Assembly: GCA_963782115.1 (NCBI GenBank)
Contig: CAWAIK010000003.1
Coordinates: 1-64,000 of the forward strand
Origin: an uncultured Verrucomicrobiae bacterium
GTDB lineage: Bacteria > Verrucomicrobiota > Verrucomicrobiia > Chthoniobacterales > JAFAMB01
Direction: 5' to 3'
Length of the DNA stretch: 64,000 nt
The notes below the pieces were generated by a model. It saw only the letters and a program-made list of their open reading frames with translations, did no database searches and was not told where the DNA came from. Positions 1 to 11,945 of this stretch are shown here, one piece after another (within the stretch, counting starts at the first letter, position 1; each line of letters starts with the position of its first letter). The position numbers and the translations under genes are program-made.

Positions 1-345
1 AAACTGCTGCTGGGCTTCTATGGCCTCTGTCCCCGTGCCGAAGAGTATTACCTCCAGCTTAAGATCCACCGCCTTAACCCCCGTCAACACATCGCCAAGA
101 TCATGGCTTTAAGTGAGGTTCATGGCTGCGACAAAATCGCTCGCGCCATCGAAGACTCCTTCGAGTTCCAGGCCTTCAGCAGCGACTATATCGCTAACAT
201 CCTCCAACAACGCGAGCGCTTCAGCCCTCAGCCTGGCCCGCTCCACCTCACCAGGCGCCAAGATCTGCTCGAGGTCGAACTCGAGCAGCCCGATCTCTCC
301 GTCTACGAAGGCTCAGATACCATCCCCATCGTGCCCAAACCATGA
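1..345 (+). mobile_element. istA: IS21-family transposase IstA, C-terminal part (runs off window start)
   Basis: Frame 1 is open from base 1 (KLLLGFYGLCPRAEEYY...ELEQPDLSVYE), an IstA-like tail; its stop overlaps the istB start (ATGA). Confidence 0.75.
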
Positions 346-675
346 CTAGAAATCCTGCCGACCTCTTGCTCAATGAGCACCTTGATTACCTCAAGTTGAC
401 TTGTGTCAAAGAAAACTGCCAACCCTTGGCTGTCGAAAGCGCCGCCAACCACTGGAGCCATCTCGACTACCTGGGTCGGCTCCTTCAGGGCGAAGTAGCG
501 GCCCGTCAACAGCGCACGATTGCTCGGCGGATCCAAGCCGCCCGTTTTCCGGGCTACCATCTTCAACGGCGATAGCACTATAACCTCCGCCGTGCTCGAC
601 CGTCTCCTCCACCACGCCGAAACCGTTTTAATCGAAGGCTCCAGCTACCGCATGAAAGACCGCATCGAAAGCTGA
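342..675 (+). pseudogene. istB: IS21 helper ATPase IstB with large internal deletion
   Basis: N-terminus (..RRIQAARFP) is joined out of frame near 552 to the C-terminus (..SAVLDRLLHHAETVLIEGSSYRMKD); the Walker A/B core is missing. Confidence 0.85.
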
Positions 676-735
676 CAACCGCCGCCCTTTTCGGAAATCA
701 CAGCGACCGTTGTCGTTACACTACCCCAATCCACC

Positions 736-786
736 ATCCGATTTTAAAATCATTGGTTTTATCCGATTTTGACGCCGCCGCTCTCA
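736..786 (+). repeat. IS21 right end with subterminal repeats
   Basis: ATCCGATTTT at 736 and 761; ends ..GCCGCCGCTCTCA (terminal CA) downstream of istB. Confidence 0.55.
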
Positions 787-1145
787 TCGGGCGTCGCGTG
801 ACTGATAAACAGCATATTGCGAGGACCACTCACGAAACGAATTTACCAGCTTTACGAGCGAAGGCTACGCCTCCGTCGGCAATTTAACCTTTTGGATGGA
901 ACACGGATTACCACGGCCTGGCGCCCTATGCTTCAGCCGCTTGACGCGGCAGAGCGAATCGAGCGTAGTGGTTCGAACCCGGCGTCGGTGCCTTGGGAGG
1001 GTTCCGACGAGCTCTCGCCCGACAGAGGCGAATTCTCAACAATCGCCCAGGATCCCACAATCAGCTTCAGGGGCTTTGTCGTATGTGGCAAACTGCAAGC
1101 TCATTTATTTAGGGTGACATAAGGGCGACACTATTTTGACTTCGA

Positions 1146-1190
1146 GGAGAACGTACGGGACTCGAACCCGTGTCGCGTCTTGAGAGGGCC
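1146..1190 (-). tRNA. Degenerate 3' half of tRNA-Glu(CTC); probable att-site remnant, not a functional tRNA
   Basis: Minus strand GGCCCT-CTC-AAGACGCGACACGG-GTTCGAGT-CCCGTACG gives anticodon loop plus T-arm; no 5' half or D-arm. Confidence 0.6.
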
Positions 1191-1321
1191 GTTCTCCAGT
1201 TCTCCAGTTATATAAGTATCTAATCAAAAGGCACTTATGAATTGCGATATCGGTTGTTGCTTATTTGTTGCTCATACCGACCGCTATAATCGTTGATTTC
1301 CTTTCCGACCTACCGGAGCCG

Positions 1322-1450
1322 TAGTTCCACTTGCTGGTGCCCGGAGGTAAATGACACACCGAGATGTGCAAGCCGGTTTCATCGGCTAGCTTCTGCAGTT
1401 TCCAGAGCCTGACCCGTGAGATGTTGCTCCCGTCCGAGTCGGCGATAGAC
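1322..1450 (-). pseudogene. ISAzo13-family transposase fragment
   Basis: ADSDGSN..RVRLWK.LQKLADETGLHISVCHLPPGTSKWN motif. Confidence 0.8.
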
Positions 1451-1454
1451 GGGT

Positions 1455-2100
1455 TCGAAATGCGCTCTCCGTTCCGGTACGCTTCGGCGTATCCCCTGAC
1501 TGATTCACGATTCGCATATAAATAGGAGCGAAGCTCGTCTAGCTTCGCTTTGACTCCTTCGAACCGCTCACTGTTTGCTTCTGGGTCGTGCCAAGGCGTG
1601 CTGAAAGAGACCAATTCGCACACCAGTCATTCCGAATTCCGTCATTTCCACACCGTCGTTCCAGAGCATCCACCTCATGCTGTTCAAGTTTGCCCAGTGA
1701 GCCGCGAGGCGTTCCTGGAAATCGTGCCCATAGGGAGATACAGGGAATTCCTTTTCGATTCGCGCGATCCGTCGTGCAACATGCAACCAATCCAGACGAT
1801 ACTGGCATTTCTTCCCAAACCAGGTGCCTACCACCCCTCGCAATCCATCTTCGCCATCCGACAGGATCCTCAAATGCGTGTCTTGTCCTCGGCCACAGTG
1901 CCAAGAATGGCTTGCACCCGCCTCTTTGCATACGGATGCAGGCCCCGCACCACGGCGAATGCCTCGCCCGCCGCGCTGCGAGGCCTCCACGCGCCCGATG
2001 AGAATCTCAAACTGATGCCTTTGGCCCGCCCGAGTATGCCCTGCTTTAAGATTGCGACTCGCGTCACGCTTAAAACACCACCCCGATAACCGAAGCGTCG
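1455..2100 (-). pseudogene. ISKra4/UPF0236-like transposase fragment, frameshifted
   Basis: LRILSDGEDGLR..RLDWLHV and YLYANRESVRGYAEAYRNGERIS in different frames. Confidence 0.7.
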
Positions 2101-2546
2101 TGCTTGAAGGTCTGGACGGGTTCGTTCTGATCTAGCGTCCGCAGCCGCACCGTCCACGGGGGACGGTCGAAATCACCGTTCCAAGTCAGAATACGGCTCT
2201 CGCCGCGGCTAAACACTAGCCGTCATTGAGCCGCTACAAGATTTGGGAAGCCGTTGATCTTGATGAGCTGGAAGGCCAGTCTCACGCGGAGCCTGGATAA
2301 CTCTACTCGGAATCGGGCCCAAGGTGGTCAGAGTTCAAGGTTTATCTCGAGCTTGCAGACTTCTCTTGGAAAACATGTCCAAAATAGTTTTTGAACCTCA
2401 GACAGTTTTTCTGAGGGATCGGGCACCTTTCATCGTTGAAGTTAGTAAGCACGGCTCGAGGATGCGAGACAGGGAAGGCTATTGCTAATCGAAGTCCATG
2501 CGCCACTGACTAAGTGAAATGCAACGTTTAACTGAGGAGATGTGTT

Positions 2547-3563
2547 ATGCCAGATTTTAGCAAAGATTCGTATCAAGTCGCACTTTCCAAGCTGAAAGGG
2601 CTCGGGTCCGTAATCGGCGAAGGTTTTAATCAGGTAAGTTTCCGAACGGAACTCGCTGTGAAACCCACAAACGACGGTAAGTTTGAATATTATAGTAGCA
2701 TTGGCGACAAAACCCTCGGCAATGGTTACTGTAGCGGCGTCTGCCTGGACTGGATTCGGAGAGTCCTTTTGAGCAAGCCCGAAAAATCCAACGACGCCGG
2801 TTACTTGACTTATCACTCTGGGGCACTTAAGAGCGAAAAAGGTGATATCAAGCATAGCCACGAGGAGCTTCGTGATCGTGCCTTTCAAACATCGGGACGT
2901 ATGGCGCATGCCTGGGACCGGAGAAACGAGATGCCATGGACGGGACCCATGAACCAGACATCGAAAGTGGTCAAAGATGGTCAATGGAATGAAACCGCGA
3001 GCGCTTTGGACAAGTCATTTAGTCAGTTACGCACGAAGGCCGACAGGAAACCCAGCAAGAAGAGTTTTTCCCAACTTAAGCTGGAGGGAAGTAAAATGGA
3101 CACTTACAATTCGGGCCAGTGGTACACTGCACTGGTTAATGCTTTTCAACCGGGATGCTGCGCACTAGTTGGGTTCGACAAGTCCAATGTATCTGGACAT
3201 GCATTGGCGATATGGCAGCGAAGAATCGAGACTGATAATCCTGACTCCTTTTACTTATTCGATCCAAATTTTGGGGTGTTCTCTTATGCAAGAGGTAAGC
3301 TCAAGAGCGTCCTTGTGTATTTGTTCTTCACCAATAAAGAATGCACTCCTTATTACAAAGCCTGCGCGGATGAGCCGCAGCGTATGACTTATCAGATTTT
3401 CGGCCCCGTTAACCTGGTAGGGGCTGTACCGCAGGCCGTGCCGCTGCCGAAGCCCCTTTCACAAGGCGTCGGGTCGCCCCCATTGACAGTGCAGAGCTCG
3501 CCTAACCCATCGACAGCGAAGAAGGTCAATCAGCTCATCAGCATCTTTGAAAGTAAGCGTTAG
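2547..3563 (+). CDS. YopT/AvrPphB-like (C58) papain-fold cysteine protease
   Basis: 338 aa intact with RBS GAGGAG; GYCSGVCLDWI (Cys), SGHALAI (His), FYLFDPNFG (Asp); Pro/Ser-rich tail. Confidence 0.7.
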   Translation: MPDFSKDSYQVALSKLKGLGSVIGEGFNQVSFRTELAVKPTNDGKFEYYSSIGDKTLGNGYCSGVCLDWIRRVLLSKPEKSNDAGYLTYHSGALKSEKGDIKHSHEELRDRAFQTSGRMAHAWDRRNEMPWTGPMNQTSKVVKDGQWNETASALDKSFSQLRTKADRKPSKKSFSQLKLEGSKMDTYNSGQWYTALVNAFQPGCCALVGFDKSNVSGHALAIWQRRIETDNPDSFYLFDPNFGVFSYARGKLKSVLVYLFFTNKECTPYYKACADEPQRMTYQIFGPVNLVGAVPQAVPLPKPLSQGVGSPPLTVQSSPNPSTAKKVNQLISIFESKR

Positions 3564-4544
3564 ACCAAAGCTGCGATGTTCGATGATCACGCTGCCCCCG
3601 GCCTCTTCGACAGTCGAGCGAACGCCTCTCGCAGGGATTGCATGTCGTCGCGATGGATCACCGTGAACGCTTCTGCAGCCGGTCAGGTCTCGCTAAGTCC
3701 AGAGAGCATGCTGGCAAGAGTGGTTCGCCCCAGGGTAATTCCAACGTCGAAGCCCGCTTCGACGATCAATGTCCGAGGTTGATCAACTTGTCGCTGAACA
3801 TGCATCTCAGGAAGAGCTACGCACGGCTATCCATCAGTTCGAAGAGGTCTGGCGAAACTGATTGAACCGGCGACCATTCCTGTGAAAAGAGCACGCCGGC
3901 GAGAACTTGAGCAAAGATGTGCTGAACTGGGAGCAACAATAGATTGGAGTGACGGAGATGAATTTTTCAACGTCGACGCACCAAAAGGATTTCTTTGGGT
4001 AGAGGGTGGAGGCCATACCCATCGGGCCGATTACAAATGCCAGCAGTTCGTGCGGAGGTTGGCCGCAGATCCAGCACTTTTGCGAAAGGACGGCTTCTTC
4101 GAGCCGGCCAGGCTGTAAAGCTTTGAAGTCAGGTTGGCCCTCTTTCCAATAGGTGAACCACGGAACGGTATAGGCGGTATAGGCCCGGGCATCTTTTGGA
4201 AGGTTTGCGATTGAAGCGTGGATTCTTTCTGATCTAAGAGTAGGGGTCTCGGATAGTACGAGCCGGATATCCGGTGTTAGGCGCCGCCCTAAGAACTAGA
4301 GCAGGGATTTCTGCTAGGCTTCGGGTGCTGCAACATCTCCTGCGAAGTGGTTGGTGATGCATCCGACCCAATGACCCGGGAGCGGACGGCAATCTTCAAC
4401 CCTTGGGGCTGGAATTGAGTCGGCAGATGGAAGCGGCTTTTGGCACAACTCCGGAAGCGGCGGGACCGGCCACTCCTCCGCTGCGCTCTCCGTAAGATCA
4501 AGGAAGTGATTGAGGGCAAGATCATTCCTTGCGAGCGATGCGGG

Positions 4545-4739
4545 ACGAAAGGAAATCGCTTCGACAAAGCTCGGTAAAAACCGAAAATTAACAGGTGGAT
4601 TCCAGCATACAGAGCAACGAGTCAATATCCGAATAAAGCGAGTTCAAAAAGTACTCGCCGAGACAGCACGTCTGCGCTCATAAACTTAAGCGCCAGCCAC
4701 GACATCATCTTCCGCTTCCGAGAGGATCTCAATCCTCAT
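4545..4739 (-). pseudogene. RelE/ParE-family toxin, decayed
   Basis: Hand translation MRIEILSEAEDDVVAGA*VYERRR..LGEYFLNSLYSDIDSL..AGIH..GFYRALSKRFPF with a stop and frameshifts. Confidence 0.65.
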
Positions 4740-4897
4740 TTGAGCCGGTCACGGATTGAAACCTTGGCCTTTTCCCAATCGGAGAACGTAGCCTCACCGG
4801 ACTCGACTCTACTCTCGGTATCTTTTAAAAGATCCTGAAGCCAACTTGGTGGCTCGATGCGATCGGGTTCCCGATTAAGTCCTCCCAGAGCGCGTCA
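4736..4897 (-). pseudogene. Addiction-module antitoxin fragment
   Basis: DALWEDLNREPDRIEPPSWLQDLLKDTESRVESGEATFSDWEKAKVSIRDRLK*; stop overlaps the toxin ATG. Confidence 0.65.
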
Positions 4898-5507
4898 GAA
4901 AGGTCCCCCTATCGTGTGCGAACCGGCCTTCTTCACTTATCGGCGCACTCCATACCTCCAAAAATACTCGTAGCTAAAGCTCGGCGCAGCCCTCACTGGC
5001 CAATTCGTCTGGCGGTTTCAACTGATCTTGGAATGGATGTCGGTCGTCGTCTCAGAGTTCGTCGACGTACTGAAACGATATTTTGAGCGGGGCTTAGAGA
5101 CTGAAACGCTTAGGATACCCGGTCAAGCTCCTTGGCCGGGAGCCAAAACCACCCTTCGCGTCGCTTGCAAAGCACTAGCAGTCGTCAATTTTCCAGTTAT
5201 TTCGGTGTTTCAGTCTGTGGGGGGTACACCTAAACTAACGTTGACTCTCAACTTCGAAGACCAATAGTTGCAGCAGATCTGGGCGACTTGTCATGCTCTG
5301 ACCTACAATAGCGGAAATTTACGCTGTTATCGGGACTCTGTGCCAGTGAGCCGATCCTGGCCGTTTGGTCACCGAATCAATGTGCAATTGTCCAAAATGC
5401 GCTTTTCCCTGGACACGATCTTTTTGCGAAACAACCGAGACTACAAAACCAGAATTCGATTCCCTTCACCCGCTACTGCTTTGTTTTTTCTACCTCGACT
5501 AATTTGA

Positions 5508-6857
5508 CTACGTTACTTTAGATCGCCGCTGCGCATTGCATTTGGCGTGAGACTCGATCGCTCGTCTTCGCATTTCGTGGCGACGCTTCATATGACTATA
5601 GACTTGCTCTGGGCTCGCGTCCTTTCGCGGTAGGAATGCCGCTAGCAACTTCTCGATGTCCGCGCAACTTAGCAAAGGGCATTGGTCTTTCATCTGGAGT
5701 TTTTCGGTCAGCATGAAGAGCATTGCCATCATCACCAGTGCCATATGATGGTGCCACGCATTCCAAAGGCGCACCTGGTAGTCCGCCATGCCGCACTGAC
5801 CCTTGCCATCCTCAAAGCACCGTTCTACCCAATAGCGTTGTCTCTGCATCCAGCTTAGACGCCGCGTCGAGGTCGACGGATTTAGGTTGGTCAATGAATA
5901 CTTCCGATCTTCTCCGTCCATGTTCTCGGTGACCAAGAGTTCATAGCGACGCGCCTGCTCGCTCTGCTTGTCCCACACATCTACGCTCTTACGTAACACC
6001 CGAAGTTTGAGCGAGCCCCGAGTAGTTTCTCTGACATTGCAAATCTTCCAATCTTTCAGGGAGTATGATTCCACCAACTCCTCGACGCTCAGACCCTTCT
6101 TTCCGGTAATCTTGCGCCTTGCTTTGGGCCCCTTACTTGAAGGCTCTGGTGGAATGGTGGGCTGCGGATCAATCTCGTAGACCATGAAGCTCTTGTGAAC
6201 GTCGACCAGGAAGTTGTGGCCGCCATCCTCCAAAGCAAAGAGAAAATCCGGACCGCTGCCATAGCCCGCATCGGCTCCAACCCAGCCAAAGCGCACTCCG
6301 TTGCGACGGGCCTGCTCAACGATTTCCAGAGCCAGTTGGTTTTTGGTCTTAAAGACCTGTTCGCTTTCCGGGATGCCAGCCCGGTTGCATCGCTGCGGAT
6401 CAGCGGTCCATTCTTTGGGCAAGTAGAGCCGAGTATCAATGGCTGTGGCAAAACGTCCCTTGGCCAAAACTCCGAAGACTGCCACCTGCCCATTATCGAC
6501 CTTACCCAATCGCCCTAGGTATTGACGACTGGCGCCGACAGACATCTTGCCTTGTTTGGCAAACCCACTCTCGTCGATAATCAGCGCGGCGTCCGTTGTA
6601 GCCCCGATCAACTCATCTGCATCGCGTGCCACATGATCAAGCACTTCACGCGTGCTCCATTTAGAGTGAGTGATAAACTGCTGCAGATTTCGTTCGTCGG
6701 TGTCCGGCACTACCTCTGAAATCGCGTAGATATTTTTACGCGAGCCTGCCTGCATCAAGCCGGAAGCATACTGCCTAGCCTTCTCAGACACATCCCGCCG
6801 ATAACTTATAAAATGCTCGGCGTAACTCATCACAAAACTTAGAAATCGATCTGCCAC
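5508..6857 (-). mobile_element. IS701-family transposase, intact
   Basis: 449 aa; LIIDESGFAKQGKMSVGASRQYLGRLGKVDNGQV, ADAGYG, RYWVERCFEDGKGQCGMADYQVR. Confidence 0.93.
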
Positions 6858-7245
6858 CCCTCTCAGGGGGCTCTTCTTGATTTCACTATGTTCTTCGGAT
6901 TTAGAATTGCTTCTCCATTAGAGCTGAGAGTCAAGTCAGCAAAAATTCGGGAAAACGTCAATTTAAAAATTACAAAGTCAACCTAAGCGACTAAGCCATA
7001 GAGGGATAGAGGCGCAGTGCATTATAGATGATTAGGAATCGCTAATAGGAAACGACTTCAGAACGCCGGCATTCGTGAGTGCAGTTTTAATGTTATCGAT
7101 ATCTTGATATCTTGGCTTGTAACTGGTTATAATTCAGGCATTTCCTTACTTTCTCCTAGAATAAAGTGTTAAATAGTAGAAGGAGTCGCCCCGCAAGCAC
7201 GAAGGAAAATCCGAATGGCGCCCAGCTATATGCCTGAGAATAAAA

Positions 7246-8390
7246 TTATTCTGTTATTTTGAAAAAGAACGGATCAATAGAGGTCTTTACCGTAGTAGCG
7301 TTGTCAGTGCCCAGTAACCTCTTCGACGCAAAATCAACGTTCCTTTGAAATCGAACGCCGTTAGGAAAGTTCGCCTTGGCTGGGCTGTTGTTAGCACTGA
7401 AAATCCCATAGAAATCTTTACCCACAGCCATAATGCTTAAATAGTCTCCCAAGTATGGAAGGGCGGGCCTGCCGTTGCTCTCTCTCAATGGGAGGCTCGT
7501 TCGCCGGCGTGTTAGCCAAAATGAGTGTATTGGGAGGCGAGTTCGCAAAGCTATCAGTCGTTCGCTCAACTTCCGTAACCCACCGTTCGGCAGCTCCCTC
7601 TCGGCGTACTTGCTGATAGACTAGAGCCGTCGTGCCTCAATCATTCACGGCCAAGCCCGGATTTTTAGCATCCGGAATCGTGCGCAGATCGTCCCCGCAG
7701 GTCACCCCACTGTCAGAAGAATGCCGGACGTGCAATGTGTAATGATTGTTTACAAAATCTCCCCAAAGAATATACACACTCTTCGAGTCTCTTGGGTCAA
7801 TGGCGATGGCTGGGTCTCCACCGATGCGATCTTGGCCCAGGAAAGTCTGATTTCTCCACTGCAGCGGACGATCGGTAACGACTCTGACTCCCGAAGAGTT
7901 ATCCCCCATATCTTTTAGAGATGTAAACGGAAGTGCACTATCGCCAGCGTTGTCATCTCGCACGACAACCACATCGACCGTCGCGTTAATTCTATTTTCT
8001 TCGAATTTGGTCCATCGGTAAAATATACCGTATATTGTTTTCCCGTCCGAACTAATTGCCGGCCGTATTTCGGGGCCTTCTTGGGGTAATGTTGACCGTG
8101 TCTCTAAGCGAGATTTTTTGAATCCTGCAGGAGGAGGTATAGTTCCGGAGTCCAAGGAGCGGTCGATTGTGGCAGTGTGATGTTGAGGATCGTTGAAATC
8201 ATTGTTACCGACATATACTCTATCCTTAGCGTCTTCTGTAGTAGCTTCGACGTACGGTTGATCAAAACCTGCCCCACGCCTGGCAACTAAAACAGTCATA
8301 ATCCCAGGCGAGGCGAAGTTCTTCGTCCTCGCAATATTGAGTTCTGGATGATTGTTAACTATCGGCACTTTCAGAAAACCCACATGAAGC
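7246..8390 (-). pseudogene. BNR/sialidase-like beta-propeller secreted protein, fragmented
   Basis: Asp-box-like RSLDSG and HSSDSGVT; C-terminal PYLGDY..FYGIFSANN piece separated by unrelated DNA at about 7470-7636. Confidence 0.6.
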
Positions 8391-8502
8391 ACAACCGAAC
8401 TTTTGGCAAAGCGCAGAGTGATATCCGCTGTTTGCCTGGCACTCGGCACGATCGAATTCAGACTCCACGTGCTACCGCCATCTTGCGGCAGAAGACTTTT
8501 CC

Positions 8503-8856
8503 TCAGCCATGGAAAGCATCTGCTCCGATAAGTGCGCCAACACCAAGGAATGGTCCCGGACCCAGATCACTCCAAGCTACATGACCGAGACTATTTAGTA
8601 TGAAAGATCCATGCTGGAGTTGCGCGGGAGCGCAAGTCGAATTGGATTGCGGGGAAGATGCGAATCCGAAGACGACCTTGACCCCGTATTTTTTGAGGAT
8701 CGGCTCGAATTGGGTCAATAAGTGAAATTGCTCCGTGCAATAGATACAGTCAGGGCCTTGCGAGATAATGACAATCTTGGAGTTGCCCAGTAGCGGCAAA
8801 GATAGCACGTGCACCAGTACGATTGCTATCGAGGTAAGGCAGATCGTTCGAACCAT
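8503..8856 (-). CDS. Hypothetical secreted protein with CxxC
   Basis: Hydrophobic N-terminus, then GPDCIYC; may be truncated. Confidence 0.35.
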   Translation of the reverse strand: MVRTICLTSIAIVLVHVLSLPLLGNSKIVIISQGPDCIYCTEQFHLLTQFEPILKKYGVKVVFGFASSPQSNSTCAPAQLQHGSFILNSLGHVAWSDLGPGPFLGVGALIGADAFHG

Positions 8857-9169
8857 ATTCAGTCATTGATACAAAAGCAAATAGCAATGGCCAAGAGTAG
8901 GTTCAATCGAAAGCGATTGAAACCAGAACTAGCATCATCCTTCTATGGATTTCGATTTATACCTCAATCAATCTCAAGGCGAGGAAATAAGCGCCTAATT
9001 ACTGAAATCCGTACTTAAATCGGTAAATGATGAACGACGTATCTCTTGAAGACGTATTTCCCCAACACGCAGTTTGTTATTACTCCGCATGACCGCCCGT
9101 GGCAGCACAAGGCCAAGGTAAACACGAGGCGCTGGGCAGTGGAAAAGAGTGGATTATCCGCTATCCCCT

Positions 9170-9462
9170 TCGGTGCCAGCGAGGAACAGAGTAAATCGGT
9201 TCATCACGTTCTTGGCTCAAAGGATTTCATCATCTCTTTCAAGGGACCAGCAGGAGCGGGAAAAACGACCAGGATCCATCGTCAGCGGATTCCCGAGCTA
9301 CGTGCGGCGATCGAAGATTTAAGCAAGGGTCGGATGACGGAGGGCTTCGACAAGTTGGACAAGTTTGGAGTCATCCAAGAGATATCGGACGACGCCGGCC
9401 GGCTGGCAGCGATTGCCAAGAAGCAAATCGAGGCCTTCAAGGCTCAGAGATCCTCTTTGATC
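9170..9462 (+). pseudogene. MobF/TraA-type relaxase-helicase fragments
   Basis: EQ..VHHVLGSKDFIISFKGPAGAGKTT (Walker A) fused directly to IHRQR..LRAAIEDLSKG; intervening motifs deleted. Confidence 0.65.
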
Positions 9463-9479
9463 AAGGGCGCGCGTGGAGA

Positions 9480-10029
9480 TCTGAGCAGGCCAGCGACACC
9501 GGAGTCGTTTACGAACAGGGTAGACGAAATCCGGCAAAGCCTTCAGAAAATTGCGGACGCATTGAGTAAGCACTTGGACCATTTCGAACAGACGGAATCC
9601 CCTTGGCTGCTCGAGCAGGTGGAACTCAAGTTTTCGCTCGACCTCGAGGCAGAAGCCGGAGTCGTGATCGTAAAGACCAAGACAACCCGAGCGCTTTGAG
9701 GCGTCGCTCGCCTGGAAGCGCGCCTCGGCCTAAGGAAACTCCGGAACTTGGTCGCACAAAAGGCAATAGCAGAAGTCCTGGAAGTTCAGATCGACGGACA
9801 GCCGCTTTCGGTCGGAACCGCGTTTGCCATCTCTACGGGTTTCGCATTAACGGCCTTTCGCGTCATCGGCGACCGGCAAACGGGCGCCGTGGGACATAAG
9901 CCTATCGTTCTACGATTTTCCAGGTTTCGCGAGGACCAGCGGAAAGAACATTATGACTGTCGAAAAAGTAACCGTTACGGGAATCCCGAGTTAGACATCG
10001 CTGTCCTGGCCCTTCAAACTCCTTATTGA
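9480..10029 (+). pseudogene. Trypsin-co-occurring (Trypco-like) small protein plus truncated trypsin-like protease
   Basis: WLLEQVELKFSLDLEAEAGVVI followed by ORF 9748 with VGTAFAI..LTAFRVIG..LDIAVL; His replaced by Arg and no GxSG motif. Confidence 0.55.
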
Positions 10030-11199
10030 ACGGTTGCGGGTGTTTGGCGCGCGCTGGATCACCCGTCATGCCTTGGCGGAGTTGGTGAAGTTTCCGCCAC
10101 TGACAGTCAGCGAAGCCGGCTCTATAATCTTCTTGGAGTCGCGAGATGGGAGTATGTCAACAGGTAAACATAAAAACGTAGGAATCACTACGAAATATCT
10201 TGTGTGGTAGTTACATTTTTGATAATCCGCTTATCTGTTTGGACAATGCCGTCGAATTACTGTCCGGTCACTGCAAGGATGGGTGCTGTGGAGCATGGAC
10301 GGAAGCGTAACCCATCAGATGCATAGATTTGAAGCGCCAGAATCACCAACGGAATTTTAGCCTCCTCATCGGTAGCGATTTTTGTACATGTATTTCCTTT
10401 TTGGCATAGTTAAACTGCTGAAGGATTCATCGGCTTACAGTAGGTGCCACAGGCTGCGAGGCAGGTGGCCGGAAGGGGTCCTCCGGTGTCCTGCTCAGTG
10501 GTGAGCATGTGCCCACCGGCCGAATTCAGCAGCGGATACACTCGGTGAAACCAGGCAATGAAGTCGGCTGACTTCGGCTTTCCGCAACGGAGAGCATTCG
10601 GGTGCTCTTTTTAGGCAAACAGTTGCGTTGGGCCATAATTTACACTCAATAGTCTCGATTCGAAGCAGCTCAATAAAATGGGAGCGTTGCAACTGATGAT
10701 AGGATGTCTTAAAGGAAATCTTTTTCTCCGTCGGGAAACTTCCGATCATCGAAAGCCGATCTCATATTACCCTTTTGGATTATTGTTAAACAGAGAATTA
10801 CCGGACTTTAATAGCCTCCAAAAAGCTCCTTTTACCGCCAGAGAACATTTGTCTCCTTAATGTCATGAGCAGAACTGACAAGGTATCGCTTGTTGCTAGC
10901 TCACTGGGTTTTCTGCTCGCGCTGTATGGTATCTTCACTCAGCCAATTGTCATGGAATCATAGTAGGTGCCGTCAATAGGAACGAAGGCGAGCCATCTTC
11001 GGACAAAAAGCATAGACTTTCGGCACCGTTTTCCACGGTTAGGACCAATTTAGGGCAAAGAACGACTGCAGACAGATTTATGATAAAGCGGCACTTGGCC
11101 TTGTTATTTGCGGTGATTCACGTTGGAGATTGCGCCCCGGACGTAACGTCCAATCTGTCCAGGATCACCAAGGCGCCAGGGACCCGCGAACAGAAGCCT

Positions 11200-11945
11200 G
11201 GTCCCACTAATAACTGGACAGAAGGTGGAGTAATCCAGCGGCCGCTAGATAGAAATACTTTGCAGCCAAGTTCAAGCGAGACGTCTTCCAGGATTCCCTT
11301 TTTGAAGCATTGCGATCGGCTGGCAAGAATCCTCAAATCACGCTCGGGGATATGTATTCGGGACCGCTTTTTTTGATTGCGTCGTACGACCTTTGCAGCG
11401 AACGAACTCTCTGGTTTCGAACTCGCGACCTGAACGACAAGCCCCTCCAGGAGAATAGAGAGGTTGAATTGGTCGATGCCATCAGCTCCTCCGCCCTTTC
11501 CGCCGCCATTTATTTCGGGAAATTGCACGCGCCGCAGGTGGTATGGGACCAATGGCAGTCGGACGGCAGTACTCGACAGATCCGCGGCGCGGTGTTTAAC
11601 GATGGCGGCCAGGGCACGCAGAATAGCACGCTCGCTCAGACAACTCTGCAATCCATCATCCAAGGCTGGGGCGACTCCCTTTCACAGCATAACCAAGTAG
11701 TAATAATTTCTCTCGGTTGCGGGAATGATTTCTCGGCACGGGATTACGCTGCTGCCAGCGGCCTGAGCCCCGTTGACCAAGCGGTTGCCTATCTCGAAAA
11801 TGAACCGCGCCCCGAGTCCCTGGTACTGCAATGGCGTGCGCCCACTTTCATTTCGGGCCATGTGAGGCTGGCTCCCGTCGGTCCGATACCAAGAGCAAAT
11901 TCCCCGGCGACGGAAAAGCAAAAGAGCTCGTTGCGGGGAATCTAA
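11200..11945 (+). pseudogene. Patatin-like phospholipase, C-terminal fragment
   Basis: LIASYDL..LVDAISSSALSAAIYFG..VFNDGG..IISLGCG; the GxSxG N-terminal part is absent. Confidence 0.6.

Noticed and set aside
1146..1190. Functional tRNA gene
   Set aside because: 5' acceptor strand and D-arm are missing.
9046..9699. Genuine relaxase-Trypco fusion protein
   Set aside because: The ORF is stitched from abrupt fragments with helicase motifs deleted; a chance in-frame chimera.
10155..10245. Possible TGT..ACA mini-element
   Set aside because: The inverted match needs gaps over only about 14 bp; could be chance.
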